Assembly: GCA_013265495.1 (NCBI GenBank)
Contig: MU058233.1
Coordinates: 905,038 to 958,991, forward strand
Direction: 5' to 3'
Length of the DNA: 53,954 nucleotides
Source of the DNA: Vicugna vicugna
Taxonomy: Eukaryota
The notes below the pieces were generated by a model, which searched no databases, was not told where the DNA came from, and saw nothing but the letters and a program-made list of their open reading frames with translations. This document shows, in pieces, positions 1 through 11,964 of the stretch (within the stretch, counting starts at the first letter, position 1; each line of letters starts with the position of its first letter). Made by a program: the position numbers and the translations under genes.

Positions 1-244
1 TCCATATTAATTATAGAAGAGCTTGTGGATAGCTACAAAAAAAAAAAAAGCTTGTAAGGACTTTGATTGGAATTTCATCTAATCTATGAAGCGAATTAGG
101 GAGAATTTACATCTTAGCAATACTGAGTTTTCCAGTCCACAAACACACTGTACCTTTCCACTTTTTTAGATCTTTGATTTTTTTAAACCACTGTTTGTAG
201 TTTTATGCATTCATGTTCTGCACTTGTATTTTCTTTTCTCACCT

Positions 245-1441
245 GCACCATTTTAAGTAACAGTTCAGTGGATTTAAATACATTCATGAAGTTGGCAGTC
301 ATAACCACCACCCATCTCCACAGCCCTCCTCCTCTTGTAAAACTGAAGCTCTGTACCCATTAAACAATAACTCCCAGTTTTCACCTTCCCACTCCCTGCC
401 CCTGTAACCACCATCCTCCTTTCTGTCTCTAGGATTTTGACTACTCTAGATAGTTCATGTAAGTGGACTCATATAGTAGTTGTCTTTTTGTGACTAGCTT
501 ATTATTTGACATAACGTCCACAGGGTTAATGCATATTATAGCACATTGCAGGACTTCCTTTTTAAGGCTGAACACTGATTCGTTGTATGTATCTACCACC
601 GTTTGCTTATCTATTCATCCATCGATGGACACTTAGATTGCCTCTGTGTTTTAGCTACTGTGAATAATAATGCTGCTTCTGTGAACGTGGATGTACAGAT
701 AGTTCTTTGAGACCCCACTTCCTTTGGGGATATACCCAGAAGTGGAATTGCTGGACCACACGGTAATTCTAATTTTTTATTTTTTGAGGAGCCACCATGC
801 TGTTTTCCATAGCAACTACACCATGTTATATCCCCACCAACAATGCACAAGTGTGCTATTTACTCCATATCCTCGCCAGCCCTTGTGATTTTCAGCCTAA
901 CTGGTGTGAGGTGGAAAGCTCATTATAGTTTTGATTTGCATTTCCCTTATGATTAGTGATGTTCAGCATCTTCACGTGCTTATTGGCCACTTGTGTGTCT
1001 TCTTTGGAGAAATGTCTATTCCGGTCCTCTGACCACTTTTGAATAGGTTGGCTTTTTTGGTTGAGTTTTGATTCTCTATATACCCCTGGCCTTCAAAACC
1101 AGATGTCCTGGGGTCTCCTCTTCCCAATGCTGGGACCCGAGCTGGGGAGCCTGATGTGGAGCTTAGAGCTCTCACTCCTGTGGGAGGGCCTCTGCGACTT
1201 AACAAATCTTCAGCTTGTGGGTCACCCACCCGAGAGGTATGGGGCCCGATTATATTGTGAGCACCCCCCTCCTACTGTCCTGCCATGATTCCCTCTTCAT
1301 GTTTCCAGTTGCAAAAGATCTTTTTTGCTAGGTTCCAGTCTTTTTTCAATGGTTGTTTAGCATTCAGTTGTGGTTTTGTTGTAGTTGCAAGGAGAGGCAA
1401 GCACGTGGTCCTACCTCTCCATCATCTTGACCGGAAATCCC
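245..1441 (-). mobile_element. Internally deleted LINE-1: 5'UTR (c.1083-1441) joined to ORF2 C-terminus/3'UTR (c.245-1080)
   Basis: Minus ORF 611-850 resembles the L1 ORF2 C-terminus (LELPCGPAIPLLGISPKE). 1423-1441 reverse-complements to GGGATTTCCGGTCAAGATG, an L1-like 5' terminus. Confidence 0.65.
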
Positions 1442-1630
1442 TTTTTCAAGATTCTTAGAGGGTGGGAAGGGATAGACTGGGATTTCAAAATTGTGATGCA
1501 GTTTTAAATGGAATTGTTTTCATAATTTGCTTTTCAGATTATTATTAGCGTATAGAAATGGAACTGATTTTGGTCTGTTGACTGAATCCTGCTGTTTGCT
1601 GAATTCATTTGTTGTAACTGGCTTTTTTTT

Positions 1631-1632
1631 AT

Positions 1633-1665
<33 letters not shown>
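1631..1665. repeat. (TA)n microsatellite
   Basis: Directly visible AT dinucleotide run. Confidence 0.95.
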
Positions 1666-4187
1666 GTTTAAGGTTTTCTACAATAGGATCATTTTGTCCA
1701 TGAACAGAGAGAATTTTACTCCATGTTTCCTAAGCTGGATGCCTTTTATTTCTTCTTGTCCAATTGCTCTGGCTATAATTTCCAGCACTATGTTGAATAA
1801 AAATGGTAGAAGCAGGCATCCTTGCCTTGTTCCTAATCTTTGAGGAAAAGTTTTCAGTCTTTCACCATTGAGAATACTATTCACTGAGTTTTTATTATCT
1901 AGACATACTTTCCTTCTATCCCTACTTTATTGAGTGTTTTTATCATGAAAAGTTGCTCAAATCTGTCAAATGCTTTTTTTTGCATTAATTGAGATAGTCA
2001 TTTTTTTTAACTTCATTCTGTTAATGTGGTGTATTACATGGAGGGATTTTCAAATGTTGAGCCATCCTTGCATTCCAGGAATAAATCCCATTGGTCATGG
2101 TGTGTAATCTTAATAAGCTGCTGAATTTGATGTGTTGTTGTTGTATTGAGGATTTTCACATCTATTTCATAAGGAGTATTAGTCTTTAGTAGTTTCCTTG
2201 TAGTATCCTTGTCTGGCTTTGGTATCAGGGTAATCCTGGTCTTACAGAATGAATTAGGAAGTGTTCCCTCCTTAGTTTTTTGTAAAAACTTGAGAAAGAC
2301 CAATGTTAGTACTTCTTTAAATGTTTGATAAAATTCACCAGTGAAGCCTTGGCTTTTCTATTTTTGGGAAATTTTTTTTACTACAGACTCAATCTCCTAG
2401 TTATAGTTCCTTTCAAATTTTCTATTTCTTTGTGATGTAATGTTGATTGAAAGGCAAATGGAATTTACCCATTTCAACTAGGTTATCCAGTTTCTTGGCA
2501 CACAGTTTTTCATAGTCCTTTCAGATAATCATTTTTGAGTCTGAACTAATCATTACTAATTTCCCCACTGTCGTTTCTGATTTTAGTAATTCAGATCTTC
2601 TCTTTTTTTCTTAGTCCATCTATCTGAAGGTTTATCAATTTTGTAGATCTCTTTAAAGAAATAAGCTTTGGTTTCATTGATTTTTTCCCCTATTTTTCTA
2701 GTCTCTGTTTTGTTTATCTGTGTCTAATCTATATTATTTCCTTTCTGTTGCTATTTTTGTGTTTAGTTTGGTTTTTTTCCATTTCCTTAACTTGTAGAGT
2801 TAGATTGTTGATTTGAGATGTCTCTTGTTTTAAATACAATTATTTATAACTGTAAGCTTTCTCCTCAACACTGCTTTTGCAGCATCCCATCAGTTTTGTT
2901 TTGTTTTGTTTTCATTCATGTCCAAGTGTTTACTAATTTCCATTTTGATTTCTTTGATCTGTTGGTTAAGACTGTGTTGTTTAATTTTTTTTTTTTAAAG
3001 TTTGTGTATTTTCCTTTTCCCCCACTTTTTTAGTGATGCTTAACTTAATCCTTTGTGGCCAGGGAAGATACTTTGTATAATATTTATCTTTTACATCTGT
3101 TGAGACTTAATTTGTGGCCTAACATTATGGTCTGTCCTGGAAAATATCTCATGTGTACTTGAGAAGAATGTGTATGTTGTTGGTTAGAGTTTTCTGTACA
3201 TGTCTGTTAGAACTAATGAGTTTATTTAAATTGTTTCCTTATTTTCTGTCTGATTGTTCCATCCATGTTTGAGAGTGGAATATTGAAGTTTCCTGTTATT
3301 ATTATAAAACTATTTCTTCCTTCAGTTCTGTCAGATTTTGCTTCATGTATTTTTACAATCTATTACTAGGTATATCTATTTGTAATTGTCAGTCTTCTTG
3401 CTGTATTAAAATGTAATAACCTGTAATTTCCTTCTTTGTCTCTTATAATCTCTTCTGATTTGTCTGATGTTAGTGTGGCCACCCCTGCTCTCTCTTGGTT
3501 ACTGCTTGCATGGAATGTCTCTGTTCATCCTTTCATTTCCAGTCTGTTTGTGTCTTTGGGTCTGAAATGAGTTTCCTGTAGACAGCATATATTGGGTCAT
3601 GTTTTTTAATCCATTCTTCCAAACTCTGTCCTTTCACTGGGGAGTTCAGCTGACTTGCACTTACAGTAATTACTCATAAGGAGAGGTTTATTTCTGTCAT
3701 TTGCTCTTTGCTTTTTATATGCCTTATAGCATTTTGGTCATTCAATTCCTGCATTACTGTCTTTTGTGATTAGTTGAATTATTGTAGTGAAATATCTAAA
3801 TTCCTTTTTCATTTGCTTTCATATAAGTTTTATAACTGTTTTCTTTGTGGTTGCCATAGGATTATATTTAACTTCCTAAAGTTATGGCATTCTGACTTGA
3901 ATTTCTACCAGCTCAACTCCAAAAACATGCAGACAGTACGCTCCTTTGGGGCTCTGTCCCACCCCTTTTGGTTGTTGACGTCACACAATTACATCTTTAT
4001 ACGTTGTGTGCTCCAAAACATAAACCAATAGTTATTTCAAAAGCATTAGTCGTTTCTAATTATGTAGAAAAGAAAATGTAGAGTTACAAATCAAAGTTAA
4101 AATAATAACTACCATTAATTATTGCCCAGATGTTACCTTTATTAGATGTTTCTTTAGGCAGCTTCAGGGTATTCTCTAGTGTCCTTT

Positions 4188-4382
4188 GTCATTTTTATTT
4201 TTTTAAAGGATGAGACAGATTTATAGAACAGTATCCAAGCACACATTTTACTTGCTTTGTTTTTCATGAGGGGGAGGTAATTAGATTTATTCATTTATTT
4301 CTGTTTGGAGAAGGTACTGGGGATTGAAGCCAGGACGTCTTGAGTGCTGAGCATGCGCTCTGCCACTTGAGCTGTACTCCCC
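4188..4382 (-). mobile_element. tRNA-derived SINE (camelid Vic-1-like) with extended tail
   Basis: Reverse complement shows the A box (AGCTCAAGTGG), a B-box-like GGCTTCAATCCCCAG and the AATAAATCTAATTACCTCCCC tail. 14-bp TSD ctctagtgtccttt at 4174-4187 and 4383-4396. Confidence 0.85.
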
Positions 4383-5384
4383 CTCTAGTGTCCTTTTATT
4401 TCACCTGCAGGACTCCCTTGAGCATTTCTTGCAGAGCAAGTGTAGTGGTAGCAAACTTACTTTGTTTCTCTGGTGATGTCTTAATTTTACCTCACTTTTG
4501 AAGGACAGTTTTGTCAGGTGTAGGAGTCTTGGCTCACAGTTATTTTGTTTTAGCTCTTTGAGTGTATGGGTTCATTGCCTTTTGGTCTCTGATCTTCTGA
4601 TGAGAAATCAGCTTATACTCTTGCTGAGCAGCCCTTTTGTGTGGCAAGTCGTTTGTCTTCTGATGCTTTCATGGTTTTGTCTTTGTAGAAAATTTGATTA
4701 TATCACGTCTGTTTTGGGAGTCTGCTGAGCTTCTTGGATGTTTATATTCATGTCTTTCATCACATTTGAAATTTCATTTTCAAATTTGGTGTTGTCAGTT
4801 TTTGAAAGTTTTAGCTATTCTAGGTGTGTATGATGTCTGGCCGTTTTAATTTGCAGCTCCTTAAGGATATATGATGTTGAGCATCGTGTCATGTGCTTAT
4901 TTGCCATCGTGTATCTTCACGTTCAGATCTTTTGCCCCACAAAGTGGCGGCTACTTACAGCCATTGCCTTTTTTTATTCCGCCAAATTTTCACAAGTCTT
5001 CTCTTCCATGGCAGCTCCTCCCAGCCCCTTTCTCGACTCAGTTGACACTTCTCGGCAGCGCTCCCCGTTCCTCTGTTGTGCCCATGTTCTCTGCAGGTTC
5101 TTTTATCTGAGCTTCTTTATTCCTTGTTGCATTTTTATGTATTTAAGTTTGCTTTCCTCTGCAATGCTGAACACTTCTTGCAGGCATGACTGCCTTGCAT
5201 CCATTTTTATATCACCTGCACCTAGTTGAATACCTGGCACATGATATTTGCATTTGTTTAACGAAAGGTTAACTGATTTAATGCATATAGATGGAATGCT
5301 TCCAATAAATTTTTGCTTTTCTCACAAAACAACATGTAAAGAATGGCCACCCTTGGCAGCCTTTTGTTTATGAGAACTGAGTAA

Positions 5385-5606
<222 letters not shown>

Positions 5607-5838
5607 TGAAAGCCAAGGGACTTCTGTAAAATGTTTGATGTTTCTGTGCTTGTATGTAGAGACCAGGTTTTCTTACTCTCCCTTTGGCATCAGATTATGC
5701 TGGCTGGATGGTGTTTACTGTGCCAGAGTGCCCAAGTGCGGCTTCACCGTGCTGCCTCTGAACCAAGCCTCCCCATTCTTGAGAATTCCTGGATCCTGGG
5801 CAATCTCGGCCAGGTTGTGTGTGATTTTCCACTCACAG

Positions 5839-5925
5839 GGCACCAGCACACCAAACCCAGTGTCGTTTTCCAGTTGGAACAAGAAGAGCTGTGGACGATG
5901 CGAATCCCAAGTCAGGGCCGTGCAG
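5839..5925 (+). CDS. ZNF268: ZNF268 KRAB-B exon
   Basis: ctcacag|GG...GCAG|gtgag; 87 bp, phase 1-1; GHQHTKPSVVFQLEQEELW. Confidence 0.88.
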
Positions 5926-6588
5926 GTGAGCGAGCAGGACACGGAGTGCTTTTCCTCCGTGCCCAGACCTGGGCTGAGTTCTGACGTGACGCTCCCTTCA
6001 GGTTTGTACTTCTGTCTCGTTTTAACTATTCTGTCTTTGTTACTCCCCTCTCTGGCCGTCTCAGCTTCCTTCTTACGTTCCCGTGGTAATAGACTCATTT
6101 CATTATGCATTGAAGCAAGCGTTCCCTGTTTACGGCCCTCGGTATGACTTTCACACCCCTTCTCATTCCTGTTTTTTTAAAAAATGTCTTACGTTTATAT
6201 TCAACAACCACAGTTCCAGTTTCCTTCTCCTTGGAACCTACTGATTAGGAGATACCACCCCTTCCGTGTCTCCTTGCTGACCACCTTGCCAGCGTGCTCT
6301 CCTGCCTGAGCTGCTCCCTGCCCTGTTACTCAGGTCACCCTACTGAGCCCCTCTCACGCTGCATCACAAAGGGCTCACCCTCCTCATGGTTTACTGGCCC
6401 CTCTTGCTCTCCCCTCTGAGTCCAGAGGAGTCTTTTCTTATGTTCTCCAGTTTCCTTGTATGTTGTAAGTTCAAAAGACTTCCATTCTGAAGATTTAAGC
6501 TCTTTTTTTCTCGGTTGGTGACTGACAGCCCCGTCTCTCTTTCGTCTGCCCTTTGGTACTGGATTCAGTCAGTGCCCAGGGCATCTTT

Positions 6589-7537
6589 TCTGCATGTGCC
6601 ACCCCCTTATCTCACTTTCAGAAAGTGGAATTGGAATGTCCCTCCCACTGCCCCATCACTATATGGGAACGTCCTCTCGCCTTTCTGATAGCTAGTTCCT
6701 GTGTCCTGGCTTTTCTCCTGGCACTGGGGCGTCAGCTTAACTCTCCTTTGTACACACGTCTCTTCACTAGTCTTGCCGTAATATGTTACTGTTTTGGTCC
6801 TTTAAAAAGCAGTCTTTTAAGTCCTCCATCTTCTCCATTCTCACCCAAGACGAGGTCAGTATTCTTTCATTTCTTGATTGTTCTACTTGTTAGCCAGATT
6901 TATCCCTTTTACTCTTACACTCCTAGTTCACTTTGGTGTTACTGTCAGATATTTCCCCCTGCACCTGTGTGTTCTGTCATGCGCATGAGCGAGTAAATCA
7001 GCTGTTAATCTTGTATCATTAGGATTGTTGCAGGTGCAATTTTTTTTTATTAATATAAGTCAATCTGCATGTGCCACCCCCTTATCTCACTTTCAGAAAG
7101 TGGAATTGGAATGTCCCTCCCACTGCCCCATCACTATATGGGAACGTCCTCTCGCCTTTCTGATAGCTAGTTCCTGTGTCCTGGCTTTTCTCCTGGCACT
7201 GGGGTGTCAGCTTAACTCTCCTTTGTACACACGTCTCTTCACTAGTCTTGCCGTAATATGTTACTGTTTTGGTCCTTTAAAAAGCAGTCTTTTAAGTCCT
7301 CCATCTTCTCCATTCTCACCCAAGACGAGGTCAGTATTCTTTCATTTCTTGATTGTTCTACTTGTTAGCCAGATTTATCCCTTTTACTCTTACACTCCTA
7401 GTTCACTTTGGTGTTACTGTCAGATATTTCCCCCTGCACCTGTGTGTTCTGTCATGCGCATGAGCGAGTAAATCAGCTGTTAATCTTGTATCATTAGGAT
7501 TGTTGCAGGTGCAATTTTTTTTTATTAATATAAGTCA
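6589..7537. repeat. Tandem duplication of 474 bp (6589-7062 and 7064-7537) in the ZNF268 intron
   Basis: Period 475. The only difference seen is C6730 vs T7205. ORFs 6553-6996 and 7025-7471 give duplicated peptides. Confidence 0.97.
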
Positions 7538-10309
7538 GCCTATTTAAGCAAAAGTGATTTATTACCATACATCGCAGAGCGTCCTGAAGTGGGGCATCTG
7601 TAGGGGTGACTAAATCCCCAAAGGTCTCTCTCTGCCTTGTCATCTAAGTACGTCAGTATTTTCCTCAGATTTCCTCCCTCATGGTCATCAGATGGCTGTT
7701 ACAGTTCCAGCCGACACCTGCAGCTATACCAGTGGCCAGTGGAGTAAGAAAGACTGTTTCTTCCCACATGACCCTGTTTATCAGGCAGTAAAATCTGTTT
7801 CAGGAAGCCCCGGCAGACTCCCCGTGCTCATTAGGCCGTGTTGTGATCACACACACTTGTTTAAAGGAGACTCTGGCAAGGGAAGTGGAAGCATCCCTGT
7901 TGGCTCAGGAGAAACACGCTTCACCTTCGAGGGGGCAGTTGTGGAGATGGGTCCCCATGTGCCCGCCTGAAGTGCACAGATGGCGGTGGGAAGCAAAGCC
8001 CAGGCTCGGCCAGCCCAGGAAGGGGCAGGAGAGCTGCTGGGTAGGCAGCACTGCCTTCCTCCGTCTGCCTCCTTAGCCACGTCGCATCCAGTCGCACCCT
8101 TCCTTCCATCCACCCATCTTCAAAAACATTCTGTCACCCCTATTCTCATTCTTGTCCTGTGTTAGCACAAGTCTAGGGTCACTGTTGGTAATCAGACCTG
8201 GTGGTGGTTCTCTGTGGTCTGGGGGTCGCTAACTAAAGGTAAATGATCCACATGTGACCAACCAGACAGATGGAGCAGCAGACAGAGGTGTGGGGTGGGT
8301 ACAACAGGAACCCTGTTCTGGGAGAGCAGCAGCAGTGGGCACCACAGAGAAGTCACTGGTTTGCAGTGCCTGGGACCCCTGGTTGGGCAGACTGTGGCCT
8401 AGTGAGCCCTTGGTTCTGCTCTCTGAGCTTAATTTCCTTTTCCGCTGTCTCCTGTGGCTAAACTCAAGATGAGCCATGGCCAGTAATAATGTTTAACACA
8501 GGCCTGAATCATGTTCGAATCGTCTGTAACCTTGTGAGTTCCTGCCTCCTGCTCTCTGGCTCCGCTGTTCCTTCCTTGTTTCTTAGTTTGTTGTGCTGCT
8601 CCTTGAGATACCAGCAGTGATCTCGTTTTCTGCAGTTATTGAACTTTGCAAGTCTTCAGGGACAACACTGACAGGCAAACATTCGAGCAGGTCTGACTCG
8701 AGGGCACAGATTAATTACTCACTGGCCTGTGTTCTTCTTCTGGAAATAGTTCTGACTTTAAGACCATGTGATAGACAGTTATACTCCCTCCAAAGCCATT
8801 GTCATAGTCGAACAGGCTCATGTTCATTGCTCAGTGCATCCAAGGTGGGTTCTGCCCCAGTTGGGAATCAGTGTTTGGGAAAATACAGTTTGGAGCTTGT
8901 GTACAAAATGAATGAGTGTTCAGGTTTAGGATGTAGTGAAACTTGGAGTGTGGTGTTAAGATCCTGTGATGTGCTGTCTTGAAACCTGACTGCTGCTGTG
9001 TTCTCTGAATACCCTTTTCTGTCCACTCCTTGGTCAGCAGGTTCCTTTGGGACATCTGGGCCGACTCTCCACATTCTCTCTGTAGTCAGCCTCCAAGTAT
9101 TTGTCACTGTGCCTGAGGACGTAGTCCTGTGTCTGGTTCCCTGTCCACTGTTACCTTTGCGTCGATGTTTAAACAGCATTCTGTCCACCTTGCCCCCTCT
9201 GTTTTTCATTCCCCCAGAGAAAAACCGTTTTCATCTCTCTTAGCTCTTTCTTCTGGTATTTTCCTCCATGCTTTCTGAATAACCAGCTTCTGCTACTGCA
9301 CCTTCACTCTCTCCTCTAGTTACTCAGTAGGAAGGGTAGAGATTTAATTCTCTCTCATGCTCCTTCCTCAGACTCCCCAGGATACGCATGCTGCCTGGTC
9401 CCATAGCCTCATTGTCCTAATCAGGCTGTTTCATACTTGTGGTTAGATCAGTCTTCAGTTTTTACATCTTTACGACTGTAATTTCTGTTCAGGGTAAATC
9501 ATGCAAGTGCACGATGGTTAGTTTTTGTTCATAAATCATTTTTTCCTTGAGTTTTTTTATTTGCCTGCCCACCTTCCTCTGTTCTCATTCATGTTTTTAT
9601 AATTAATTTAACAACAGATTCTTCTTCATATATCTGAATATTCTTTTGGTATATTCAGCTCAATTGGTGGTTCTGTCCATTTCACCTTCCTGGTGACAAC
9701 ACTCCCGTGCCGTTTGACTTGCTCCAGTGAAACCTAATTTTTCTCAAGACATGGCTGTACAATTATTACCCTGGAATCTCCTTTCAGATTTTATTGTCTG
9801 TTTTCATTGTGTCATCTTTTTTCTTGGTTTGTTTTCACAATAGCTGCCTGTGAAAGGGTGCATTTGATATAAATTTTGAGACCTGTGCTCTGAAAATGTT
9901 TATACTTAACTCCTGAATGCTCTGTTTTCTCTCCTCTTGAGATGCTAATGAGAATTCAGATGCCATTCCAAATTTTGATCCACTCTGTGAGTTTTTTTGT
10001 GTTTTTTCTGGACCCTTGACTAGCTGCTGCTTGTTGCCAGTCGCCGTCAGCACAGCGATGCTTCTTGGGAGTCTGTTTCCATCTGTTTGGGCATCAGTGT
10101 AACTGCTCCCAAGAGGCCTGTGAACTAGTCTGCAGTGTTTCTGCTGCTGCTCCTGGGCTGAGCAGTGTTTGGCACGTAGTAGGTATTCAACCACTGTTTG
10201 TTCAATGAAAATGATGCTCAGAGATCCCCTCCCGCCTCTTTGTATTTTGCTCATTTTTCCTTGTGCCTTCTAAGGAAGGCATTATGCAAAATTCTACTTT
10301 TTATTTTTG

Positions 10310-11735
10310 TTTTTTTACTTTTTTAAATTTGAAGTGTTGTCAGTTTACAGTATTGTGTCAATTTTTCATGTACAGCATAATGTTTCAGTCATACATACAC
10401 ATAATTTGTTTTCATATTATTTTTCATTATAGGTTACTAGAAGGTATTGAATACAGTTCCCTGTACTATATACAGCAGGACCTTGTTGTTTATCTATTTT
10501 ATATATAGTAGTTAGTACCTGTATATCTCAAACTCCCATTATATCCCTTCACCCTCCCTTTCCCTCTGGTAACCGTAAGTTTTCTGTGCCTTTGAGTCTA
10601 TTTCTGTTTTGTAAATAAGGTCATTTGTATCATATTTTAGATTCCAAATATAAGTGATATCATATGCTATTTTTCTTTCTCTTTTTGGCTTCCTTCATTT
10701 AGAATGATGGTCTCCAGGTCCATTTATGCTCTTGCAATTGGCATTATTTTATTCTTTTTTATGGCTGAGTAGTATTCCGTTATATAAATAAACCACATCT
10801 TCTTTATCCAGTTGTCTGTTGATGGACATTTAAGTTGTTTTCATATGTTGGCTATGGTAAATAGTGCTGTGCTGAACATTGGGGTGCATGTATCAGGTAA
10901 ATAGTGCTGCTGTGAACATTTGGATGCATGTATCTTTTCGAATTAGAGTTCCCTCCTGATATATGCTCAGGAGTGGGGTTGCTGGATCATATGGTAAGTC
11001 TAATTTTAGTTTTTTAAGGAGTCTCCATACTGTTTTCCATAGTGGCTGCAGCAAACTGCATTCCCAGCAGCAGTGTAGGAGGGTTCCATTTTCTCCACAC
11101 CGTCTCCAGCATTTCTAGTTTATGGACTTTTTAATGATGGCCATTCTGACCTATGTGAGGTGATACCTCATTGTAGTTTTGATTTGCAATTCTCTGATAA
11201 TTAGCAATATTGAGCATTTTTCCATGTGTCTTTTGGCCATTTGTATGTCTTCATGGAGAAATGCTTCTTTTGGTCTTCTGCCCATTTTGGAATTGGGTTG
11301 TTTGTTTTTTTGTTATTAAGTTGTATAAGCTGTTTGTATATTGTGGAAATGAAGCCCTTGTCAGTCTCATCATTTGCAAATATTTTCTCCCTTACCGTAG
11401 GCTGTCTTTGTATTTTGTTGATGGTTTTCTTTGTAGTGGAAAAGCTTATAAGTATAATTAAGTCCCAGTTTATTTTTGCTTTTTTTCTATTGCCTGGGTA
11501 GACTGCCCTAGGAGAACATTGTTAAGATATATGTCAGAAAATGTTTTTGCCTGTGTTTTCTTCAGGAGGCTTACAGTGTCTTGTCTTATGTTTCAGTCTT
11601 TAAGCCACTTTGAGTGTATTTTTGTGTGTGGTGTGAGGGAGTGTCCTAGCTTCGTTGATTCATGTTCACCTGTCCAGCTTTCCCATCACCAGTCACTGAA
11701 GAGACTATCTTTCCTCCATTGTATGTTCTTTCCTT
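10310..11735 (-). mobile_element. LINE-1 3' portion (ORF2 C-terminus + 3'UTR), 5'-truncated
   Basis: Typical antisense L1 motifs (ttttatggctgagtagtattcc; gctggatcatatggtaagtct; gtgaggtgatacctcattgtagttttgatttgc); small internal duplication at c.10857-10933. Confidence 0.9.
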
Positions 11736-11964
11736 TGAAGACTGTCTGTATTTATTGTCAGTTCCTTGTGCCTATTTTCATGTTTCATTTTATTTTACCC
11801 AGAGCACAAGAGTTTGGGTACGCTTACACTTTAGATTTTATTTACATTCAGAACTGATACATGAAACTAAAAGAAAAACCTCACGACATGGCGTTTTTAA
11901 GGTCACTCTGTGCTATACTAGGATCATGTTACTATTTATGACATATGAGTATTTTCCTCTCTAG

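Larger units (their letters stand above)
1..4750 (-). mobile_element. Old LINE-1 fragments (ORF2 RT/endonuclease region and upstream), interrupted by younger insertions
   Basis: Minus-strand ORF fragments 1678-1884 ([31 protein letters not shown]) and 2034-2303 (EGTLPNSFCKTRITLIPKPDKD) match L1 ORF2 motifs; T-rich + strand. Boundaries approximate. Confidence 0.85.

Noticed and set aside
6553..7471. Two near-identical 147/148-aa ORFs suggesting a duplicated small gene
   Set aside because: They start at TTG, show no recognisable domain, lie in an intron, and are explained by the 475-bp tandem duplication.
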